Positions 8,653 through 15,816 of a stretch of DNA of 15,816 nt are shown in pieces. The notes under the pieces are model-generated. The model was not told the origin of the DNA. It ran no database searches and worked only from the letters and a program-made list of their open reading frames with translations. The number at the start of each line of letters is the position of its first letter. Position 1 is the first letter of the stretch. The DNA is from Archangiaceae bacterium (GTDB lineage: Bacteria; Myxococcota; Myxococcia; Myxococcales; Myxococcaceae). The stretch lies in NCBI GenBank assembly GCA_043750125.1, contig JAYVCD010000306.1:1-15816 (forward strand), in the 5' to 3' direction. The position numbers and the translations under genes were made by a program.

Positions 8653-9192
8653 AAAGCTATCGATTGCGTCTAAATCCCAGAAGAAGACTGTCGGGATTTC
8701 AAACATCGAAGACACCCTTGGTCGCGCAGCGCTTCGCTCAACCCGCTTCCACGGTCAGCCAAACCGTGAGGTTCGCCGCGGCCCTGGTGTTGCGTAGGCG
8801 TGCCGGCTGAACGGTTCATCGCGGGGAGGTGACTTGAAATTTGGCGGCTTCGAACGGACTGCTCGGGCGGTGCTCTTGTTCGCGAGCGCGTCGGGGCTGG
8901 CCAGACGGCCTCCCCGGCAGAAGAACAATGCGAGCTCGGAGACCGCCGCGTCTGTCACCGATTGGGTCGCGCCGCTCAGCTCGACGGAGGGACCCGTGAG
9001 CTGACCAAGGCGTGGCTGTGGTTCGGCCGCGCGTGTGAGCTGGGGGAAGCCGCGGCGTGCGACGACGCGGCGCAACTGGCCCGCGAGCAGCACAAGTGGA
9101 GGGCCGCCGACTCGTGGGAAGAAGACGGGCGGCGTTGGCGCGCGCTCGACGCGGGTCCGTATTCGCCTCCCGATGCAGGCCCAGCGGCCACG

Positions 9193-9222
9193 CCGGCACC
9201 GGCACCGGCACCGGCACCGGCA
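9193..9222 (+). repeat. Perfect hexamer tandem repeat (CCGGCA)x5 encoding (PA)5 linker
   Basis: Directly visible: ccggca at 9193, 9199, 9205, 9211 and 9217. Confidence 0.95.
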
Positions 9223-9746
9223 AAACCACCCGTCCCGGTTGCACCCGTCGCCCGGAAGAAGATGCACCGCCCGCGAGCGCTGCGCCCATCGCGCCGGTTC
9301 CGCCCAGGCGGAGAGCGGACAACGTCTGTCTCTCGGACGCCGAGTACGAGCGCAACCGCAGCGTGATCGCCACCCGAAATGACCCGACGGCGTTTCGTCC
9401 TTCGGCGCTCTGGGCGCCTCCGCTGTTCATGACGGACGCCGAGCGTTCTTACATCTGGGCCGGGCTGATCTACTTCCAGTCACTGGACTTCAAAGAAGGG
9501 ACCCGCACCCGGGTGATGCCCCCGTTCTTCGCCTCGCACTGTGCGCCCGAGAGCCGGACGCTGGTCACCCCGTTCTACTCGTACCGCACCGACGCCGAAG
9601 GCACCGCGAGCCTGTACTTCACCTATTTCCGTCGCCGCGATCGGCTGGTCGAGACCGACATCTTCTTCCCCTTCGCGTACTCGGTGAGGGAACGCGCGAA
9701 CGAGGACGCCCCCTGGGTGGGCAGCGGCGCCTTCCTTCCGTTCGCG

Positions 9747-10811
9747 GGCGATGGCGAGACCGAATCGACCTGGGTGATCAACACCTGGGTCCAGTCGCTA
9801 CCCAATGGCTTCACCTTCAACTTCGCTCCGCTGCTCTTCGTCGGCAAAGAGGGCGCCCGCCACCACACCTTCCTTCCTCCCCTCTTCTGGCGCTGGGGCG
9901 ACGACGACGAGACGACCACCGTCGCGGCGAATGTCGTCTGGCACGAGACGAAGCTGCGCACCGACCTGGGAATCGTCCCGCTCTACTTTCGCGGGCGCTC
10001 AGGTCGGGACGGCGACTACGACGTTTCTCCCCTGCTTTTCTGGAGCTTCCGCGACGGCCGTAAACATTCGCTGTTCCTTCCGCCGCTGCTGACCTGGCAC
10101 CAGGGCGACGGAGAAACCGAGACGACCTGGGCGCTCAACACCTGGTTTCAATCGCGGCCCGACGGCTTCACCTTGAACGTCTTTCCGCTGCTCTTCGCCG
10201 GAAGAGAAGGCGACGCACACCACACCGTCGTCCCCCTGTTGTTCGCGCGGTGGGGCGACAAAGGCGAGACGACCACCCTGGTGGGGCCCGCGTACTGGCA
10301 CGGCGCGAAAGGGCGGCTGCACTTCGGGCTCGCTCCGCTCTATTTCGCCGGCCGCAGCGCCACCGGCCACTTCGACGTCTCGCCGCTGCTGTTCTGGAGC
10401 TTCCGCGAGGGCCCGCGCCACCGGCTGTTCATTCCTCCGCTGCTCACCTTTCACGAGAGCGACGGTCAGACCGAAACGACCTGGGCCGTGAACACCTGGG
10501 TCCAAACCCGGCCCGATGGCTTCACCTTCAACGTCTTTCCCATCCTCTGGGCCGGACGAGAAGGCGAGACCCACCACTTCATCGTCGCTCCGCTGTTCTG
10601 GCAGTGGGGAGACCGCGAGGAATCCACCACGCTCGCCGCGAACGTCTTCTTCCACCGGACGAAGACCCGCTGGGATTTCGGAATCGTGCCGCTGTTCTTC
10701 AGCGGGCGCAGTGACAAGGGCGACTACGACACCTCGCCGCTGCTGTTCTGGAGCTTCCGAAACGGCCCGCGCCGGGCGCTGCTGATTCCGCCGTTGCTCA
10801 CCTATTACGAG
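9747..10811 (+). repeat. Three intragenic tandem repeats of 357/354/354 nt (119/118/118 aa), plus the start of a fourth at 10812
   Basis: Units start at 9747, 10104 and 10458, each reading (G/S)DGxTE(S/T)TW..NTW.Q..P.GFT.N..P....G.EG..HH...RWGD..E.TT...G..PL.F.GRS....D.SPLLFWSFR.G....L..PPLLT. Confidence 0.95.
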
Positions 10812-11316
10812 ACCGACGGCCCGACCGAGACCGCGTGGGGGGGCCCCGACTCGAAGCTCTTCCTCTCGCCGCTGGCGGTGTACTCGAAGGACGCCGAGCA
10901 CGAGCGCACTGTCGTCGCCGGGCTGTACTGGAACATGTCGGGGCCCGACCTCGAGGCGCGGGTGGTGGCGCCGTTCTGGTGGGACTTCCGTTCGAAGAAA
11001 ACGGGGACCCGCATCTCGACCGTCTTTTCCTTTTATTGGCGGTACGAGAAGCCGGAGGAAGTCACGCACCTGTTTCTCAACCTGATGTACTCGTACGGGA
11101 AGACCGCGCTGGGCGATTCGTGGTCCTTTCATTTGTTTCCGCTGTTTGATTTGGCCAGCTACCACCCGAAACACTTTCTCTGGCAGGTCTTCGCCGGGCT
11201 GCTCGGCCACGAGACGCAGGAAGAGTCTCAGAGGTGGCGAATCGCCTGGGCGTGGACCGAGCCGACCTCGCGCAAAGCACCGGCGGCTGCGCTGCCTTGA
11301 GTCCCGTCTTCAGCTG

Positions 11317-11354
11317 TTGCAGCCAGGCCATTCAATTTGTACACTTGATGTACA
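11317..11354 (+). promoter_or_regulatory. TA promoter (TTGCAG-17-TACACT) overlapped by two TGTACA palindromes (autoregulatory operator)
   Basis: -35 at 11317-11322 and -10 at 11340-11345; TGTACA at 11338-11343 and 11349-11354. TGTACA is the known core of the yefM-yoeB operator. Confidence 0.7.
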
Positions 11355-11635
11355 TGAAGAAGACGTATTCGATTGCCGCGGCGAGAGCCAAACTTCCCTC
11401 GGTCGTAAAGGCCGCCGAGAGCGGCCAGGCCATCACTTTTGCTCGACGCGGAACGCCGGTCGCTGTCTTGATTTCTCTGGGTGAGTACCAACGTCTCCAA
11501 ACTGGAGCAGAAACGCTCGAGGCTGCGTGGGAAGGCTACCGTCGGCGTCACCCCCGGGAAGGGGTCGAGTTGACGGCGGGTGAAGTGGGGCGCTGGAGGT
11601 CAAACGAAGCGGGTCGGCGGGTCAATTTGAAATGA
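11354..11635 (+). CDS. Type II antitoxin, Phd/YefM family
   Basis: MKKTYSIAAARAKLPSVVKAAESGQAITFARRGTPVAVLISLGEYQRL is a typical Phd/YefM DNA-binding domain; ATGA overlap with the toxin. Alternative start at 11348. Confidence 0.9.
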   Translation: MKKTYSIAAARAKLPSVVKAAESGQAITFARRGTPVAVLISLGEYQRLQTGAETLEAAWEGYRRRHPREGVELTAGEVGRWRSNEAGRRVNLK

Positions 11636-12063
11636 AATACCTGCTCGATACCAATGTGGTTTCTGAGCTGGCGCGGCCGTTTCCTGATCCCCGGGTCGAA
11701 AAGAATTTCACCGCGCACCAGGGGTCGAGCGTCATCAGTGCGCTCACGTGGCATGAGCTGAAATTCGGGGTGCTGCGAATGCCCTCTTCCCGACGAAAAC
11801 AATTGCTGGAAGAATTTCTCGAGACCGTCGTCGGGGTCCGGCCGCCTCTGGCCTACGACGGCCGGGCGGCCGAGTGGCATGCGATCGAGTGCGTTCGCCA
11901 GGAAGCGGTCGGTCGAGTAGCCCCCTTTGTCGATGGGCAAATTGCCGCCATCGCCGCGGTGAATGGGCTCACCCTCATCACGCGAAACACTTCTGATTTC
12001 ATTTCAGTGAAGGGCCTGAAGCTCGACAGCTGGCACGTGTCACCTCCTCGCAACACGCGCTGA
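11632..12063 (+). CDS. vapC: Type II toxin, VapC family PIN-domain ribonuclease
   Basis: YLLDTNVVSE, WHEL, FVDGQIAAIA and LITRNTSDF show the PIN acidic residues. Confidence 0.92.
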   Translation: MKYLLDTNVVSELARPFPDPRVEKNFTAHQGSSVISALTWHELKFGVLRMPSSRRKQLLEEFLETVVGVRPPLAYDGRAAEWHAIECVRQEAVGRVAPFVDGQIAAIAAVNGLTLITRNTSDFISVKGLKLDSWHVSPPRNTR

Positions 12064-12105
12064 GCTACAACCGCGCTTGGCATTGCGCACGCAGGGCTCC
12101 CGCTG

Positions 12106-13487
12106 ATGCATCCAACAAAACGTTTGATCGGGGTGGCAGCGGTAATCGTCCTTGGGGGTTGTGTGCACCGCGGCGTGCGCAGCCGTCGGGCTCGAGGCGG
12201 TGTCGACCTACGTGGCGTGGCTCGAGCGGGTGCCGCAAATCGAGCCCGCGCTGGCGTGGGACCGGTTGATGGAGCTTCCCCCTTCCGAGGCCTGCCGCGG
12301 GTGGACGGACTCGAGCGGCGGGCAGCAGCCCGTGCACCGACGAGGCGCTGCTGCAGGAAGCGATTTCAGCGGCGCGGCGGGCCCACCACCACGTCGAGCT
12401 GAAGTTGTGGGGACAGCTGGCCACCTGTCAGTCGGCGCGCGGGGGCCTGAAGGAAGCGGCGTTCTCGCTGCAGATGGGAGAGGAAGTCGCCAGTGCGTTG
12501 TCCGAGTCGGCTCCCAGCCGGATGTATTTTGATCTTCAGCGGGTGCGGGTGCTGCACCAGGGCGGGCGGCTGACCGAAGCCGAGGCGCTCGCGACCCGCA
12601 CGCTCAGCACCACCGGGCGGGTGGTGGGAAAGACCCATTGGCTCTACGCGCTGGCGCTGTCCCGTCGGGCCGAGGTGTGGATGATGCTGGGGCGTTTCGG
12701 CGAAGTTGCGCAGCTGTACCGCGAGGCGATTCCGCTGCTCGAGCGTTCCTTCGGCCCCGAGGACAAGCGGGCCTTGAGCGCTCACCACAATCTGGGCTCG
12801 GCGCTGGCCGCAGGCCATCGGTACGAAGAGGCGAACCGGGAATACGCGCCCCTGCTTCAGCGCGAAGGAGGCTGGAAGAACTCGCCGCTGACCTCGGACC
12901 TGGTGCCGGTGATGTTGGCGCTGGGACGAAAGGCAGAAGCGCTGAAGCTGGGGCGGGCGGCGATCTCAGAAATTTCCGAGCGTGATCCGGCCGTCTTTTC
13001 CCGGCTGTCGCAGCAGCTGATGGCGTGGGCCCTGGCAGAGCTGGCGGCGGGAAATCCGAACGAGGTGCTGCGCCGAATGCGGGTGACGCTCGAGCTCGAA
13101 CCGCTGGGCGCGGCGCCGTTCGACAGCGCACTGGTGTTTCAAATCTTCGAGGCCGGAGCGCTGCGGCGGCTGGGACGACCGCGCGAGTCTCTGGCTTTGC
13201 TCGACTCGGTTCGCGGGCGCTTGAGTCACGTTCAGAAATTGACCCCCACCGAACAGCTGCTCGCGGTCGAACGGGTGCAGTGCCTGCTCGAGCTGAATCG
13301 CAATCAAGACGCTCAACGTGAGCTGGCCGAGCTCGACCTCGATTCCCCCGGTGGCGTCGACCCGCTCGAGCGCGCCCGGCTGTGGCAGCAGGTCGCGCGG
13401 GCGCTCGATGGCGAAGGGAAAAAGCTGGAAGCCGGACCCTTGTGGGCCCAGGCCCAGCGGGCGATCGACGCGCTCGCGCCGCGCTGA
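12106..13487 (+). pseudogene. TPR (kinesin-light-chain-like) repeat protein with N-terminal hydrophobic segment (~459 aa reconstructed); two apparent +1 frameshifts
   Basis: Frame 1 MHPTKRLIGVAAVIVLG, frame 2 VVCTAACAAVGLEAV...LMELPPSEAC, frame 3 PCTDEALLQEAISAARRAH...VGKTHWLYALALSRRAEVWMMLGRF...FGPEDKRALSAHHNLGSAL. Likely shift sites are G5 12154-12158 and the 12270-12333 interval (C3 12329-12331). Confidence 0.65.
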
Positions 13488-13501
13488 TCTTCCGCGGGCC
13501 G

Positions 13502-13657
13502 GAGCTGCCCGTCTTTGATCGATGTCGAGCGGCCCCCGAATACGTTCTTGGCCAGCGGTCCCATCACGTCCCAGATTTCCCGCCAGCATTGGGGGGCTGC
13601 CGGGCTCAAAGCGCCCTCGTGCAATCGATACTCCAAAGACTCAGCGCAAGCCGGTTC
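13502..13657 (-). pseudogene. Remnant of a PAS-like sensor domain of histidine kinases
   Basis: Minus-strand EPACAESLEYRLHEGALSPAAPQCWREIWDVMGPLAKNVFGGRSTSIKDGQL resembles the common kinase segment NDAY..LG.KHP.ALG.P...WPEIW..IGP....V..G..T..ED..L. It has no credible start or flanking domains. Confidence 0.6.
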
Positions 13658-13733
13658 TCGAGCCGCGGCGCGACATTTTGCACGGGGGCCGTCCTTGGAC
13701 GTGAGCCGAACACCCCTTTCGAGGAATGCCGTC

Positions 13734-14696
13734 ATGAAACAGATTGCTCTGACCGTGCTGATGTCGTTGCTGCTGGGTTGCGGTACGTCACAGGACGTCC
13801 AGGACACTGTAGGAATGGAAGACGAGACCGCGACGGGCCAGGCGGCGATCAGCTGCGGTCCGCAGATGTCCACCTTCCCGGTCCAGGGCGATCACAACAT
13901 CGGCTACGACGCGGCTTCATGTGGCAGCGGGACCTGCGCCACTTCGTGTCCGGATCAAAACGCCAATTCTGATTGGGGCGGCGCCCACCACGGCGTCGAC
14001 GTGTTCGCCTATCAGCGCGCGCCGTTGGTCGCAGTCGTCACCGGCACGGTGGTCAAGGTGGGAGTGGTCAGCTCTACGTCCGGAATCCGGGTGCGCCTGC
14101 GCGATGGCTGCGGCTGGGAGTACTACTACGGCCATCTCGATGAGGCGGTCGTCTCACCGGGCCAGACCGTTCAGGCCGGCCAGCTGATTGGGTACATGGG
14201 CCGAACGGGAACGGGCTCGACCCACCTGCATTTCAACGTGTCTGCGGACGGAAACTACTCGAACGACATCAACCCGTTCGCGTTGCTCAACGCGACGTCG
14301 CCGACGGCCTGTGCGGCGCCTCCACCCCCTCCTCCTCCTGCTCCCGCGCCCGCGACGGGATGTGGCGCGCTCGAGTCGGGCGAAGGTCTCGAGGCCGGAC
14401 AAAGCATCTCCTCGTGCGATGGGCGCTTCGCGCTCGCGATGCAGACCGATGGAAACCTGGTGCTCTACCTGGAGGGTTCTGCGCTCTGGAACACCGGCAC
14501 CAACGGCAGCGCCGCGCAGAGCCTGCAGATGCAGGGCGATGGAAACCTGGTGCTCTACACCGCCGGCGGAACTGCGCTCTGGCACACCTCGACCGGCGGG
14601 CAAGCCGGAGCCCGACTGGCGCTGCAGGACGACGGGAACCTCGTGGTCTACCAGGGCGGAACCGCGCTCTGGAATTCCGGCACCTGCTGTCACTGA
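13734..14696 (+). CDS. Lipoprotein: M23-family zinc metalloendopeptidase, Pro linker, bulb-type (GNA-like) mannose-binding lectin (320 aa)
   Basis: GAGGA SD at 13721-13725; lipobox LLGC (Cys16); M23 motifs HHGVD (HxxxD), YGHL and HLH (HxH); three QxDxNxVxY sites (QTDGNLVLY, QGDGNLVLY, QDDGNLVVY). Confidence 0.9.
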   Translation: MKQIALTVLMSLLLGCGTSQDVQDTVGMEDETATGQAAISCGPQMSTFPVQGDHNIGYDAASCGSGTCATSCPDQNANSDWGGAHHGVDVFAYQRAPLVAVVTGTVVKVGVVSSTSGIRVRLRDGCGWEYYYGHLDEAVVSPGQTVQAGQLIGYMGRTGTGSTHLHFNVSADGNYSNDINPFALLNATSPTACAAPPPPPPPAPAPATGCGALESGEGLEAGQSISSCDGRFALAMQTDGNLVLYLEGSALWNTGTNGSAAQSLQMQGDGNLVLYTAGGTALWHTSTGGQAGARLALQDDGNLVVYQGGTALWNSGTCCH

Positions 14697-14717
14697 GCGC
14701 GTGAGTATGGTTCGCGG

Positions 14718-15422
14718 ATGACACCACGAGGGGTGGGGCTGTTGATCTGGGCGGCTGCTTCGTCCGCTCAGCCCTGCCCGACTGTGAATGACGTTGCGGC
14801 CGAGCGCTCGGACCAGGCGCGGCTGCACTTTCTTTCCGCCCAGCTGCTCGCCGAATCGCACCGCGCCAACACCTGGGCGATGGCGTGGGGCACGACCGCT
14901 GCGGTGCTGACGGTGGGCCAGGTTGCGGCGGTGCCGTTGATCATTCCCCAGGACCGGGTCGAGTGGTGGGTCGGCGCGGCGACGACCGCCGTCGGGCTCG
15001 GGTACGTCAGCGCCGGCTCGCTCGAGGTGATGTCGGCCGGACCGGACTATGCGCGCCGGGCGAATCGTCCGACCGACGTCTGCGCGCTGATTGCCGAGGG
15101 GGAAGGCCTGCTCGAGCGCGGCGCCGCCCGCGAGAGCGTCGGAAACCGGTGGTTCAATCACGCGGCGAACCTCGCGGTGAACGTCGGCCTCGGGTTGATT
15201 CTCGGGCTGGGCTACGGACACTGGGTGGCCGCCGCGGTCAACTTCGCCTTCGGCGTCGCGCTGGGCGAGGCGACGATCTTCAGCGCTCCGTCGCGGTTGA
15301 TCACCGCCTGGAAGGACTACCAACGCTCGGAGCTCGGCCCGGAAAACAGCGCCGTCTCGTTCCAGGTGTTTCCGCTGCTCAGTCCGCAGGGAGCCGGAAT
15401 CGGCCTCGCGCTGAGCTTTTAG
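14718..15422 (+). CDS. Hypothetical exported/membrane protein with Gly-rich hydrophobic segments and a C-terminal Phe
   Basis: Signal-peptide-like N-terminus (…AASSA-QP), about four hydrophobic stretches, ends VFPLLSPQGAGIGLALSF; starts 21 nt after the M23-lectin stop. Confidence 0.75.
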   Translation: MTPRGVGLLIWAAASSAQPCPTVNDVAAERSDQARLHFLSAQLLAESHRANTWAMAWGTTAAVLTVGQVAAVPLIIPQDRVEWWVGAATTAVGLGYVSAGSLEVMSAGPDYARRANRPTDVCALIAEGEGLLERGAARESVGNRWFNHAANLAVNVGLGLILGLGYGHWVAAAVNFAFGVALGEATIFSAPSRLITAWKDYQRSELGPENSAVSFQVFPLLSPQGAGIGLALSF

Positions 15423-15429
15423 CAGGGGC

Positions 15430-15816
15430 GTCGAAACAACGATGATTGGACGCGCGCAGTGTGTGTCTTTTCCCCATTACAACGTGCTTCTGCGCGTTCA
15501 CGTTTTTGAAGGGCTGGTATCTGTGGGACAATATTAATCAAGCGGCCAATTAGAGTGCGCCTTTTTTCTCCTCGAATGCCAATCCACGCCGTGAGTTTCT
15601 CGCTACGACACGAACTCAACTGTCCTGCCGTGGATCTGGGTATATGAGCTTGACTTGGTTGCCTTCAATTGACCGGAACTGCTTGATCAATTGCAGCCGG
15701 CTGGCTGCCATCTTTTTAGGCTCTTCTGGACTGTGTGTGGGTCGAATCGAGCGTGAGTTGAGGCGATCAGTGAGCTGAAGACGCGCGCGGCAACGATCCC
15801 GTAGGTTTCGGTTGCG
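15430..15816. other. Low-GC segment, possible edge of a horizontally acquired region
   Basis: Hand count of 15481-15720 gives 120/240 G+C (50%), visibly below the preceding genes; no convincing ORF. Confidence 0.55.

Larger units (their letters stand above)
8834..11300 (+). pseudogene. Large exported Trp/Phe-rich repeat protein (~822 aa reconstructed): signal-peptide-like N-terminus, Sel1-like repeat, Pro/Ala linker, long 'hhPLLFW' repeat region. Two frameshifts (real, or sequencing errors).
   Basis: GGAGGTGA SD plus TTG at 8834 gives MKFGGFERTARAVLLFASAS (frame 2). Frame 1 continues EEQCELGDRRVCHRLG...KAWLWFGRACELGEAAAC. Frame 3 continues PEEDAPP... to the stop at 11300. Adding one base near G4 8893-8896 and one near C3 9251-9253 fuses all three. 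Confidence 0.75.

Noticed and set aside
8521-8715. 64-aa Phe-rich ORF (…VFFW…SFF…) as an aromatic leader peptide
   Set aside because: Phe codons follow from the A/T-rich promoter DNA and the ORF runs across the putative promoter; only its last 18 codons are kept as a candidate.
8740-8820. Small stems (CACGGT/ACCGTG 8750-8768; TGAAC-G-GTTCA near 8808-8818) as a riboswitch, T-box or LexA site
   Set aside because: No T-box or known aptamer consensus, and the GAAC/GTTC spacing does not match LexA boxes.
9057-9250. N-terminus of the 747-aa ORF including GTGTGTGTG
   Set aside because: Off-frame reading of the Sel1-like/(PA)5 segment; the real coding frame here is frame 1.
9747-10830. Regular DNA repeats as a possible CRISPR array or diversity-generating retroelement template/variable pair
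   Set aside because: Units are ~355-nt in-frame coding repeats that differ throughout, not specifically at adenines; no spacers, cas genes or reverse transcriptase are present.
12078-12093. Sigma54-like TGGCAT-TGCGC-ACGCA upstream of the TPR gene
   Set aside because: Spacing is right but the -12 element lacks TT; too likely by chance in GC-rich DNA.
13666-13682. Sigma54-like GGCGCG-ACATT-TTGCA upstream of the M23-lectin gene
   Set aside because: GG-to-GC spacing is 11 nt rather than the required 10; it would only fit if the T4 run were a sequencing error.
14448-14558. 21-nt direct repeat GATGGAAACCTGGTGCTCTAC
   Set aside because: Explained by the internal lectin subdomain repeats (DGNLVLY).
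15419-15619. 66-aa minus-strand ORF in the low-GC tail
   Set aside because: No recognisable motif and atypical codon usage; cannot be supported as a gene.

Overview
GC-rich bacterial DNA; a Myxococcota-like origin is my inference from protein style, not demonstrated. Left half (1-8516) is an aromatic amino-acid cluster. A complete minus-strand trpE-G-D-C-F-B-A operon, mostly joined by ATGA overlaps, continues without an evident terminator into a Pro-rich CBM21-like gene and a type I-beta DAHP synthase, which converges on the 3' end of a prephenate dehydratase (pheA). The trpE 5' end is odd: TrpE-like sequence extends upstream of the first usable start codon, and a short Trp-containing uORF with a hairpin overlaps it. 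An AT-rich, palindrome-containing divergent control region (about 8580-8830) separates this from an accessory right half. That half holds a ~820-aa Trp/Phe-rich exported repeat protein with a Sel1-like head (broken by two frameshifts), a Phd/YefM-VapC toxin-antitoxin pair with a TGTACA operator, a TPR protein (also broken by two frameshifts), a hidden PAS-domain remnant, an M23 endopeptidase/bulb-lectin lipoprotein, a small membrane protein, and an abrupt drop to ~50% GC at the right edge.
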